Shown: positions 18,341-27,020 of the stretch, piece after piece
How the letters are laid out: each line of letters opens with the position of its first letter
Position numbering within the stretch: the stretch's first letter is position 1
Source: Chitinophagaceae bacterium
Lineage (GTDB): Bacteria > Bacteroidota > Bacteroidia > Chitinophagales > Chitinophagaceae
Direction: 5' to 3'
NCBI GenBank assembly: GCA_025450235.1
Contig: JANWHX010000294.1
Location: 1 to 56,113, forward strand
Length of the DNA stretch: 56,113 nucleotides
Notes under the pieces: model-generated
The model's input: only the letters and a program-made list of their open reading frames with translations
Told to the model about the DNA's origin: nothing
The model's database searches: none
Program-made: the position numbers and the translations under genes

Positions 18341-19453
18341 CTATACTTTAACGAATGTTTTCTTGCGATACATCCAATAGAGGATTAACCAGATTACGAT
18401 CAATGCGGCAAGTTCCTGTACAAATTCATTCCAGGGACCCAACCATTGAGCAAGGCCTCCCACAAACACGCTACCTATTAACGTAAAATGAAACAGATGC
18501 GTAGCGACATATACGGCGATTGCATTCATACCGATCACGACGAAGGGGAATGCCCATTTTTTATAGCCCCATACATCTATGACTAAATAGAATAATGCCA
18601 GCAGCAAAAAGCTCCATCCACCTGCATACAGCACCAGTGTACTGGTCCATAAATGATGTATAATCGGAAACCAGATACCCCAGATCTTACCCGCTGCAAG
18701 GCAGCCGACACCAATCAATGCCAGTTGAGCCGCTTTTTTCTTTTCTCCCTGTGCAGACATCAAAATCTTCCCGGCAAATACGCCAAGCATCACAGAACAA
18801 ACGAAGGTCATATTCGTGAGTATGTACGTCCAGCCTTCACCTTCCTGGAAATGGCCCAACACCCGGTTGTCGACATACAACGGAAGGTTTATCGTTGGCT
18901 CAAACATGCCTGCAGGATAGCCCGGTACCGGTATGAATGCTATCACGACCCAATACAGCGACAGCAAAAAGGCAGTGATGCCTATTTGCCACTTTAAATT
19001 CAGTTCGAGTAGTAAGACAGAACTGACGAGATAGCCCACTGCAATGGCGTGAAGGGTATCGGTCCACAAATGAATTTTATTGATATCGAAGGTCAGCAAA
19101 TGACCAGACGCGATCAATCCAAGGATATATAACCTGATAACCCTCCTCAACACATGTGCATAGATCTGCTTTTTGCTATCTCCCCTGTCGAGACGGGTTT
19201 TGAATGCTACCGGCATGACCACTCCAACAATAAACATGAATAGCGGCATTATGATATCATAAAAATGGAACCGGCCCCATTGGTGAGCAAAATGCTCCGC
19301 GAGCCCGTTTAAAAAATTGTTGGGATGAGCCTTTGCCAACGCAATAATCACATCGCCGCCACCGATGATCCAGAGCATGTCGAAACCTCTTAGGGCATCA
19401 ACGCAAATCAATCGCTTGTTAATATTGGCCGGGGTATTATGCGTGGCGCTCAT
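18341..19453 (-). CDS. polytopic membrane acyltransferase-like protein (DUF5009 / heparan-alpha-glucosaminide N-acetyltransferase-like)
   Basis: The N-terminal RLICVDALRGFDMLWIIGG motif and ~10 TM helices are as recalled for HGSNAT-like bacterial proteins. Confidence 0.7.
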   Translation of the reverse strand: MSATHNTPANINKRLICVDALRGFDMLWIIGGGDVIIALAKAHPNNFLNGLAEHFAHQWGRFHFYDIIMPLFMFIVGVVMPVAFKTRLDRGDSKKQIYAHVLRRVIRLYILGLIASGHLLTFDINKIHLWTDTLHAIAVGYLVSSVLLLELNLKWQIGITAFLLSLYWVVIAFIPVPGYPAGMFEPTINLPLYVDNRVLGHFQEGEGWTYILTNMTFVCSVMLGVFAGKILMSAQGEKKKAAQLALIGVGCLAAGKIWGIWFPIIHHLWTSTLVLYAGGWSFLLLALFYLVIDVWGYKKWAFPFVVIGMNAIAVYVATHLFHFTLIGSVFVGGLAQWLGPWNEFVQELAALIVIWLILYWMYRKKTFVKV

Positions 19454-19471
19454 AAGCTTGTTGACGGAAAA

Positions 19472-21271
19472 TTATTTTACTGCGTCAATCATGACAAGAT
19501 CATACTCTTTTAATATTCGTTTGAATGGCGCTCTATATACCACCGTTTCTTCCGATTTCTTATTCATTTTGTTATCCCAAATTACTACATGGATCTTTGA
19601 TCCTTCTGCAAGCCCCGGTATGGTCATCTCCAATTCAGTAGTCTCGATGGCTAAAAGCGCTGTTACATTTTTCCCGACGATTCCCCACACATTTGAAGAA
19701 GGCAATATACCGGCACCAGACAAAAGATTAGAGATAGGATACGCCACCTCCCAATTTAAAGATGTCGCTGTTAAAACATATTTATTATCCTTTCCTACAA
19801 TATAAGGACCACGGCCGTAGGTTTTGTTAGGTGCACAATAAACGGTTCCGTTAATGGCATCTTTGGGTATTACTGTGCCGGCCCGCAGATCAATTCCACG
19901 TTGCACATCCGACCCGGTGAACCGGAGATAGATATTTTTATAATAGCCGGTATATGGAATATCCTCTTCCTGGCTTTCGGGAACGGAAGCATCTGAAGGT
20001 CCGTCTGAGCCAGCGCCATACCTGAATGTTTTAGTTCCATCGACCCCACATTTTTCCAACGCGGTTTTCCAACTGGCATTTAATTGATTGCCGCTGGGAA
20101 CACTATTGGCGCATTGAATAAAAACAGGTTTGTTAGTATTAAACAAAGAAATTACATCGGCAGGCAAAACGTCATTATTGCCGCCTTTCGCGTATATATA
20201 ATAAGCATCGGCGCGAACCACTTTATCACTTACAACTATATTATATCCTGCATTCATGGCGCCTGATGTGATGGCATCTCCAGAATTGAATAAGCGATTC
20301 CATCCGGAATTTCCCTTTTCGTTTCCTGAATAGTTAGTCTCCTTATCCAGCAATACAACAATGTTCATAGTAGGCCGGTCCTTCTCCTGCTTGCCAACAT
20401 ACTCTTTTATCCAATTTTGATTTTTTGTTCTATCGAATACGCTTCCACCGAATATGATAAAATTATCAACCTTGAATTGAAGAGCCCTGATCATACATAA
20501 ATAAGGAACCACGGCAGGCGAATAGTCGGCCGCAATACCCCAATTGCGGTTAATCGGTGAAATTAGAGAGGTAGGTTTACCCCAGTATTTAGCCCAACCA
20601 TATCCAAGTGATCCATGCTGGGCAAGTGTAGCGATATTGTAAATCTTATCCCGCTTAAGGTAATAATTATAAATATCAATAATGCCGGTCTCAGGCCATA
20701 GCGAAGCAAAATTGGCTTCCCGCAACAGCATCGGGTCGGTGCCTGAAACATAATCGACTCCTTTACTTTTTAATGTCCTTGCCAGGGAGACAAATACATC
20801 TGATTTTACTTCGAAACATTCTTCAAATACTGCATCCACTCCCGCCCGGGCCAGGTCTTCAGCGACTGCTTTGATGTTTTCAGGTGTCCATTTATTTTGT
20901 GTCCAGTGATATGGATTTACCCCTTCCATATTGATCATTACCTTCATTCCCTTGCTATGCGCTTCCTTTACAATGGTGGAGAGACCATCTCCCTTGAATA
21001 CCGCCCAGTCCTGCTTTTCCAGGAATGGACATTTAAAATAATAACTCATTTTAGCGCCCGCCCGATCTGCTCCCCAAAACGTAATTCCTCTCCAGCCTTT
21101 GGCATAGGCATCATCAATTTTCTCCTTAATCTGTTGATCGGTCATTGCTTCAGTGCCCCGGGCATGCTCAAAAACTCCTTCGATCCAGTAACGGGGATCA
21201 TAGTTTTGCGCGTGAATGCAGGAAGAGATGACTAAAAAAAAGAAACCTAAGATGAGGATGTTTTTTCTCAT
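19472..21271 (-). CDS. secreted protein of unknown family, glycoside-hydrolase-like multidomain architecture
   Basis: Signal peptide. The N-terminal half has alternating beta/alpha character with acidic motifs (MKVMINMEGVNPYHW, VFEECFE). The middle segment is Rossmann/GATase-like (IVVLLDKETNY...YNIVVSDK...VFIQCANS). The tail is beta-rich. No confident family call. Confidence 0.45.
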   Translation of the reverse strand: MRKNILILGFFFLVISSCIHAQNYDPRYWIEGVFEHARGTEAMTDQQIKEKIDDAYAKGWRGITFWGADRAGAKMSYYFKCPFLEKQDWAVFKGDGLSTIVKEAHSKGMKVMINMEGVNPYHWTQNKWTPENIKAVAEDLARAGVDAVFEECFEVKSDVFVSLARTLKSKGVDYVSGTDPMLLREANFASLWPETGIIDIYNYYLKRDKIYNIATLAQHGSLGYGWAKYWGKPTSLISPINRNWGIAADYSPAVVPYLCMIRALQFKVDNFIIFGGSVFDRTKNQNWIKEYVGKQEKDRPTMNIVVLLDKETNYSGNEKGNSGWNRLFNSGDAITSGAMNAGYNIVVSDKVVRADAYYIYAKGGNNDVLPADVISLFNTNKPVFIQCANSVPSGNQLNASWKTALEKCGVDGTKTFRYGAGSDGPSDASVPESQEEDIPYTGYYKNIYLRFTGSDVQRGIDLRAGTVIPKDAINGTVYCAPNKTYGRGPYIVGKDNKYVLTATSLNWEVAYPISNLLSGAGILPSSNVWGIVGKNVTALLAIETTELEMTIPGLAEGSKIHVVIWDNKMNKKSEETVVYRAPFKRILKEYDLVMIDAVK

Positions 21272-21306
21272 AAGCTTTTCGGAATTGGTTGTGCGGTTCC
21301 CGGTTA

Positions 21307-21371
21307 TAAATTTATCGGCTTGTTATTTCACAAATATTCCATAATCAATTTAATCTCTGTACTTTTTTAAC
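21307..21371 (-). promoter_or_regulatory. promoter 'c' for 19472-21271 / 18341-19453 / 16977-18311
   Basis: On the minus strand: GTTAAAAAAGTACA (21358-21362), 23 nt, TTTG, 16 nt, TAAATTTA (21307-21314). The box lies 35 nt from the ATG. Confidence 0.5.
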
Positions 21372-21475
21372 ATTGATCTGAGCCAACATGGTGAATTGAT
21401 GTTTATTTATGCCAACGTTTGGTCCATAAAATCCAGTGTTGCCTGAAGAGTATTGTACCGGTTCGAAATTCAGGT

Positions 21476-23839
21476 CTAAGGTTTTTTAGGTTGAAAAGGT
21501 TCTCTTTTTTTAACCTTGCTGATTGCCGCTAACAATATCGCATTGCTTGGCATAGGAGCAGTTTCAACTTTGCCATAATCCTGTTGAAGAGCCTGGTAGT
21601 GATTGGACCCAACTAAATTTACTTTCGAAACGATTTTCCCGTAACGTTTGTTGACCCATTCAAAGGCAAAGAATTTAATATTGCTGTTCCCGGCCGAACA
21701 ATCCACCGGGTCAGCCTCATAACAATAAGCTTTCTGTGGCGCACCGGTTTCTCCTTCCAGTTTGTCAATGCTTTTTTCTCCTCCGGGGTTCCATTCTAAT
21801 ATATTTACACCATATTGTATAGGAACAATTTCCTTATATCCATCTTCATATACTATCTCGTACCAGCCAAGGAGGTCCGGTGAATCAAAATTATCAGGGA
21901 TATTAAAATAAGCTTTCTGGTTGCCCGCCGGCTGTGCACAGGCATGTAAAAAGATTAGGCTGCTGACATCTTCATTAATAATGATGTCTTCAGCCTTCGG
22001 GGGCAAAGGGTTTTTATCCTTTCCTTCCGCGCCTACCGCGATCACGGATTTATCCGCGTTGCCGAGGTTAAACAATTTAGCACCCTTGTTTACATGGCCA
22101 GATTTCAAATTGCGGATATCAATAGCAAAATCGGTTGAGCTTCTCGAAAAATTGAAATGCGATGAGATCTCAACTGTCTCTACAACATTATCATCTTCGC
22201 TGGGTATTCTCCTGGCTTTGAGGTTGGCGCGTATGGAAGGAACCATTTCCCAGACAACAGGAGGAAAATCCTCCGATTTGATTGCATGCCTGGACCATGT
22301 AAGATTGATACAACCGAGAAAATCAAGTATCAGGTCCTTGCCAAAATTAAATTCATTGGTGGAAGCCCATGAAGAAGGTGCGCCACCGGCCACTTTGATC
22401 TTTTTAATTCGCTGGTCCCAATTGCTGATGTTTGGCGTAAAGTTGCCGAAGAGTTGGGTAAAGCCCATGTCGTTCAATGCCTGTTCCTTCTTTTCATCAT
22501 CCCAAAACCAGTTGAAGATGAGAATATCTTTCGGCATCATTTCCTTCACTATAGACGGCGGCATGGCGCCGGGGGTCTCGTATTTAACACCCGTAGATGA
22601 AGTGCGTTTCTGCGTTCCTTTTTCTCTTACGCTTTCCAGTAAATAATCACCCCACATGGCGATCTTAATTCCTTTTTTGGCGAAATAGTCATGCAGCTTT
22701 CTCACATCACCTGCATATAATTTCGAATAGTCCTTTCCCCTGCACAAGGGGCAAACGCCTATCGGCGCTCCCCACCATTCATCATGTCCAATATGGACCA
22801 TTTTGGGTTTTATTACTTCGAGGTATTCATCATATACATCGAACATCAATTCATAACTTTTGGGATTCGAGGGACAATAAGTATCGGGCCAGGTGTCTCC
22901 CGGATACTCTGCCAGTTCAGGATGCCTGGTCAGAAGATAATATGCATGGGTCAATGAAGGTATCTCCGGAATGACTTCAAGGAAATTGTCATTGGCAAAC
23001 TTAACCAGATCTCTTACAGTTTCCTTTTCGATGATGAACCCATCACCGGCATCATAATGGCTCGAATTTTTTTCTTCGCCCCATAACCCTTCGGTCGAAT
23101 TGGATCGGGAGTATTGCATATATTTTACGAACTCCTGCCATCCGGTATTTACTTCAGGGTGACGGTCTAATCTCATACAGTTAAATTCAATAATGACTTT
23201 ATTGTACTTGTACAATGCCATAAAATCACCAAGGAAGCGTTTGAAAAAAGGTATATTGTCGGGACCGGGAACATACATCCGTATTGCACGGAAAGGGAGA
23301 TTGGGCCAATCTCTCACCTTCACTCCGCGGATTGTTTTTCCATTTCCATCCTGCAATAGCTGTCGCAAGGATTGAAATCCATAAAATGCACCTGCGTCAT
23401 CCGATCCACCAATAAATACCAGTTTTGAACCTATCTGCAACAGGTAACCTTCAGTACCCGGATTGGTGCGCGTCAACTGCAGGTGATTGGCTGCACAATA
23501 GTTTTTAACAAAGGCATTGGCAAATGTTCCCATTACGATAATTTTCTTATCTATGGGAAGCGTTCTGAATCGTTGCAATTTTATCGCGATGCCATATTTA
23601 TTATTAAGCTCTTTGATCAGGAGCCGCGCAAGTGAAATATCTTTTTCCCCAGCATTTTCAGGCAGGGCGATTAAAACCGTTTCATCCATGGCAAAGGCTT
23701 CGCCGGTCAGTTGAAGTTCCTGTGGGATAGGAAAGATCAGCGGTTTATCGATTGCAGCCGCATTGATGGAAGAGGCTAAACCGGCCGCAACGATGATAGC
23801 GCAATAAATGCACCTTTTTAAACCATTTATTTTTATCAT
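21476..23839 (-). CDS. GH20-like hexosaminidase-family protein with C-terminal accessory domain
   Basis: Signal peptide. VRDWPNLPFRAIRMYVPG matches the GH20 'DxPRFxxRG' entry. HIGHDEWWG places the D-E pair where GH20 has HxGGDE. It is a paralogue of 28948..31254. Confidence 0.65.
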   Translation of the reverse strand: MIKINGLKRCIYCAIIVAAGLASSINAAAIDKPLIFPIPQELQLTGEAFAMDETVLIALPENAGEKDISLARLLIKELNNKYGIAIKLQRFRTLPIDKKIIVMGTFANAFVKNYCAANHLQLTRTNPGTEGYLLQIGSKLVFIGGSDDAGAFYGFQSLRQLLQDGNGKTIRGVKVRDWPNLPFRAIRMYVPGPDNIPFFKRFLGDFMALYKYNKVIIEFNCMRLDRHPEVNTGWQEFVKYMQYSRSNSTEGLWGEEKNSSHYDAGDGFIIEKETVRDLVKFANDNFLEVIPEIPSLTHAYYLLTRHPELAEYPGDTWPDTYCPSNPKSYELMFDVYDEYLEVIKPKMVHIGHDEWWGAPIGVCPLCRGKDYSKLYAGDVRKLHDYFAKKGIKIAMWGDYLLESVREKGTQKRTSSTGVKYETPGAMPPSIVKEMMPKDILIFNWFWDDEKKEQALNDMGFTQLFGNFTPNISNWDQRIKKIKVAGGAPSSWASTNEFNFGKDLILDFLGCINLTWSRHAIKSEDFPPVVWEMVPSIRANLKARRIPSEDDNVVETVEISSHFNFSRSSTDFAIDIRNLKSGHVNKGAKLFNLGNADKSVIAVGAEGKDKNPLPPKAEDIIINEDVSSLIFLHACAQPAGNQKAYFNIPDNFDSPDLLGWYEIVYEDGYKEIVPIQYGVNILEWNPGGEKSIDKLEGETGAPQKAYCYEADPVDCSAGNSNIKFFAFEWVNKRYGKIVSKVNLVGSNHYQALQQDYGKVETAPMPSNAILLAAISKVKKREPFQPKKP

Positions 23840-23854
23840 GGAATAAATTATGTT

Positions 23855-24790
23855 TTAAAGTTTATACTTGTGAATACAATGGGCATAGTGATCCGTTATG
23901 TAAACACAACCATCGCTACCTGTTGCAATGCCCAGGGGAAAATATTTATCGTCCTCAAAAATTCCGGTGGCGAGCCATTGGGCTTTCGAAGCGCCGTTAC
24001 CATCTAATTCTTGGATGCGGAAATTATACCGGTCAGTTATATAGATATCGCCGGCTGCGCTCACCGCCAGGCCATGTGGTTCGCTGAATTGCCCGGCTTT
24101 TGCATCTTTTCCTTCTCCGTATTCCCCGATCCGCTTTACAAGGGTGCCATCTTTTGAAAAGATTGCCAAACGATGATTTTGCCTGTCGCTCAGGATTACA
24201 TTCCCTTCTTTAGTTATCGCTATTTCATGCGGCATATATAATTTAATACCGATACTTTCCGCGGAGCCCCATTTTGACAGGAATTTGAGGTCCGCCGTAA
24301 ATTTCTTTATACAATAATTGAATGCATCGATGACATATAGCACGTCATTATTATCAATTGCAATCCCATAAGGATATTTCAATTGTGCATCTCCTGTTCC
24401 ATATGATCCAACCGAGCCAATATAATCACCTTTCGAAGAAAATTTCTGAACACGATTGTTATTCATGTCGGAGACGTACACGTTGCCTTTTGAGTCTATC
24501 CCAATGCCGTAAGGATAATTAAACTCACCGGCACCCGTACCGAATTTGCCCCACATCTGGATAAAATTTCCGTTGGCATCAAATTTTTGTACACGATGAT
24601 TATGCTGATCCACTACATATACGTTCGAATCTTTACTGACAGCCAGCATTGCAGGGAATTTGAACTGGCCGGGCTTATCGCCAAACTCTCCCCATTTGGT
24701 TACCATAACGGCGCCCGTTTGCGAAAGAGCAACAAGGCTGGTTAGAGTACTGGCGACAAGAGTTGAAATTATATAGATATGCTTTTTCAT
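23855..24790 (-). CDS. NHL-repeat six-bladed beta-propeller protein
   Basis: Signal peptide. Six repeats of the form YPYGIAID..G.VYV.D..N.R(V/I)QKF. Confidence 0.8.
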   Translation of the reverse strand: MKKHIYIISTLVASTLTSLVALSQTGAVMVTKWGEFGDKPGQFKFPAMLAVSKDSNVYVVDQHNHRVQKFDANGNFIQMWGKFGTGAGEFNYPYGIGIDSKGNVYVSDMNNNRVQKFSSKGDYIGSVGSYGTGDAQLKYPYGIAIDNNDVLYVIDAFNYCIKKFTADLKFLSKWGSAESIGIKLYMPHEIAITKEGNVILSDRQNHRLAIFSKDGTLVKRIGEYGEGKDAKAGQFSEPHGLAVSAAGDIYITDRYNFRIQELDGNGASKAQWLATGIFEDDKYFPLGIATGSDGCVYITDHYAHCIHKYKL

Positions 24791-24818
24791 TTTTCTATCA
24801 TTAATTTATCAGAGCCTT

Positions 24819-25709
24819 CTATTTGGTATTGTCAAGCACAGTAATAAATTCTTCTATTACTTCCTTTGGCTGGGTTTCATTGCCCATTACGTAATCTCTT
24901 CCAAAACCTCCATTCTGGCTGATATGTTTGTTGAGGGCCGTGTATTTTGTTTTCAGGTAAGCCTTCACATCGATATGTACATCGGGTTTTCCACGACCAG
25001 TGCGCTGGGCTTCTTTATCTAAAAACCAGCCGTTGACCACCATCCATAATTTGCCGACAGGCACATGATTGTCCATTGCTTTTTTAAATGCCAGGTAAAT
25101 AAGATAGGCGGTGTTGCCATGATCCATCTTTTCGCCGCCCAGCGTATGTGTAATTACAATTTCGGGCTGATATTTCTTCAATAGCTCATACACAGAATCC
25201 ACTTCGCTGTCCATATAAGTAGCGATAGGAATAAGCGGCCGCCCCGGCGGATCAAACGCATCATATTCAGGGGAACCGTAGTAAACGATCTTTCTTCCAA
25301 TAAAAAAAGTAGGCTCTTTATAGTTTAAAAAGATAGGAATAGCAGGATACACGGCAGCCGCGGCTTTTGCTTCTTCTTCCCTGATCTGGCTTGTCTCCAA
25401 AGCATCGACGCGGTACTTATGGGGTGAATTGGAAATAGTGAAGTTCGGTCCTTTGTCATACCAGGGTGTACGTTCCAGGTTGCATCCGTCCAGGTTGTTG
25501 ATGGCACAAACATATATTCCTTCGTATCCCATCGCCACATATTTTGCAAGCGTGCCTCCGGCGTTCTCATCTACATCGTCGGCATGAGCGCCAAATATCA
25601 TGATGCACTTCCGTGGCTTTCCGCTTGTTTGGGCAGCCGCGACAGAAAAAATAAAAAGTTGCGTAAATAGCAGCGGCAACAAGATTTCCTTAGCAGTTTT
25701 GGCAATCAT
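24819..25709 (-). CDS. secreted PIG-L/LmbE-family deacetylase
   Basis: Signal peptide, then IMIFGAHADDVDENAGG (the family's AHPDD-type motif) and HTLGGEKMDHGNT. Confidence 0.75.
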   Translation of the reverse strand: MIAKTAKEILLPLLFTQLFIFSVAAAQTSGKPRKCIMIFGAHADDVDENAGGTLAKYVAMGYEGIYVCAINNLDGCNLERTPWYDKGPNFTISNSPHKYRVDALETSQIREEEAKAAAAVYPAIPIFLNYKEPTFFIGRKIVYYGSPEYDAFDPPGRPLIPIATYMDSEVDSVYELLKKYQPEIVITHTLGGEKMDHGNTAYLIYLAFKKAMDNHVPVGKLWMVVNGWFLDKEAQRTGRGKPDVHIDVKAYLKTKYTALNKHISQNGGFGRDYVMGNETQPKEVIEEFITVLDNTK

Positions 25710-25738
25710 GATATTTCATAAGTTTAGTTTCAGAAATG

Positions 25739-26632
25739 CTATCGTGTGATATCAATTACGGTAATGAACTCTTCTACTTGATCGTTATAAGGTCCCCTCT
25801 TATTACTAAGAACATAATCCCTTCCAAAGCCACCGTTCTGGCTTATGTGCTTATCATAAGCGGCATACTTTATGGGCAAATATTCTTTTACATCAATGCC
25901 TATATCTGGCTTTCCACGTCCGTTTTTTTGCGCGGCTGTTTCCGAAAACCAACCCCGCACCGGCATCCACAATTTACCAAGCGGCATTTTCTCTTTCATC
26001 ACCCGTTTAAAAGCCAGGTAAACAAGATAAGCAGTATTGCCATGATCGAGCTTTTCGCCGCCAAGAGTATGCGTGATCACAATCTCTGGCTGATATTTTC
26101 TAAGCAACTCGCAAACGACATCTACATCCGCCGATACAATGGTGGCAATGCTGATCAATTTTCGTCCCGGGGGTGAAAACTGCTGGTACTGAATGGTACC
26201 GTAGTCGATCTGTTTTCTTCCCATCGAGAACCAGGGTTCCCTGAAATCCAGGAATATGGGCGTTGCGCCAAACACTTCCGCCGCCTGCAAAGCTTCTTCC
26301 TGCCGGATCTGGCTTGTTTCAAGGGCATCAACGGGGTATTTGCGTGGTGAATTAGAAATGGTGAAAAGAGGCGCTCCATTAAAATATGGTGTCTTTTCCA
26401 GGCTGCAACCTGCAAGATTATTTATAGTACCCACATAAATCCCTTTATAACCCATCGCGATGTATTTTGCTAGAGTACCTCCTGCAATGGACTCAACATC
26501 ATCGGCATGGGCTCCAAACACCATTATACATTTTTGCGGTTTACCTGTTGGCTGGGCAGAAACGGTTTCTATTGAAAAAAAACTCAAAAGAAAAACCAGC
26601 ATGATGGTTGCCAAAAATTTCTTTTGTTTCAT
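25739..26632 (-). CDS. secreted PIG-L/LmbE-family deacetylase, tandem paralogue
   Basis: Collinear with the previous protein over its full length (IMVFGAHADDVESIAGG, HTLGGEKLDHGNT). Most aligned residues look identical by eye. Confidence 0.75.
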   Translation of the reverse strand: MKQKKFLATIMLVFLLSFFSIETVSAQPTGKPQKCIMVFGAHADDVESIAGGTLAKYIAMGYKGIYVGTINNLAGCSLEKTPYFNGAPLFTISNSPRKYPVDALETSQIRQEEALQAAEVFGATPIFLDFREPWFSMGRKQIDYGTIQYQQFSPPGRKLISIATIVSADVDVVCELLRKYQPEIVITHTLGGEKLDHGNTAYLVYLAFKRVMKEKMPLGKLWMPVRGWFSETAAQKNGRGKPDIGIDVKEYLPIKYAAYDKHISQNGGFGRDYVLSNKRGPYNDQVEEFITVIDITR

Positions 26633-26660
26633 TTGATGGTTTTAAGATATGAGACCGTAC

Positions 26661-26725
26661 CAAATTTATCGGGTTGATGATGTATAAACGTCTTATAATT
26701 TGTTCATGATGTGTACTTTTTTAAC
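26661..26725 (-). promoter_or_regulatory. promoter 'd' for the PIG-L/NHL/GH20-like unit
   Basis: On the minus strand: GTTAAAAAAGTACA (26712-26716), 23 nt, TTTA, 16 nt, TAAATTTG (26661-26668, a perfect TAnnTTTG). The box lies 28 nt from the ATG at 26632. Confidence 0.55.
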
Positions 26726-26728
26726 GGC

Positions 26729-27020
26729 CTCGCGCAGAGGAAAGGAGCTAAAAGAGATTATGGACGCACCGGTCTTTTCCTCCTTTTCTCCTATCCTCTG
26801 CGCGAGATTTTTTTTTCGTCCGCACGACGAACAGAAACTCGCACAGAGGAAAGGAGCTAAAAGAGATTATGAACGCACCGGTCTTTTCCTCCTTTTCTCC
26901 TATCCTCTGCGAGAATTTTTTTTTTCGTCCGCATGACGAACAGAAACTCGCGCAGAGAAAAAGAGGTAAAAGAGATTCATGAACTTAACACTGTGTTGAC
27001 TCTTTTCTCTAATCCCGCCG
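26729..27020. repeat. tandem 109-bp repeat, ~2.7 copies, each with a long imperfect palindrome and T-run
   Basis: Copies start at 26729, 26838 and 26947; the third is degenerate. Copy 1 has an 11-bp perfect stem, cgcgcagagga (26731-26741) with tcctctgcgcg (26794-26804), followed by T9 (26808-26816). A second small hairpin is ttcgtc-cgcac-gacgaa. Confidence 0.85.

Noticed and set aside
26700-26936. 78-aa plus-strand ORF in the track
   Set aside because: It lies entirely within the 109-bp tandem repeat and its palindromes. The peptide is itself repetitive (…FSSFSPILCARFFF… / …FLLFSYPLREFFF…) and is an artefact of the repeat.
26729-27020. Possible CRISPR array
   Set aside because: The units are contiguous 109-bp repeats with no unique spacers between them, and no cas genes are present in the window.
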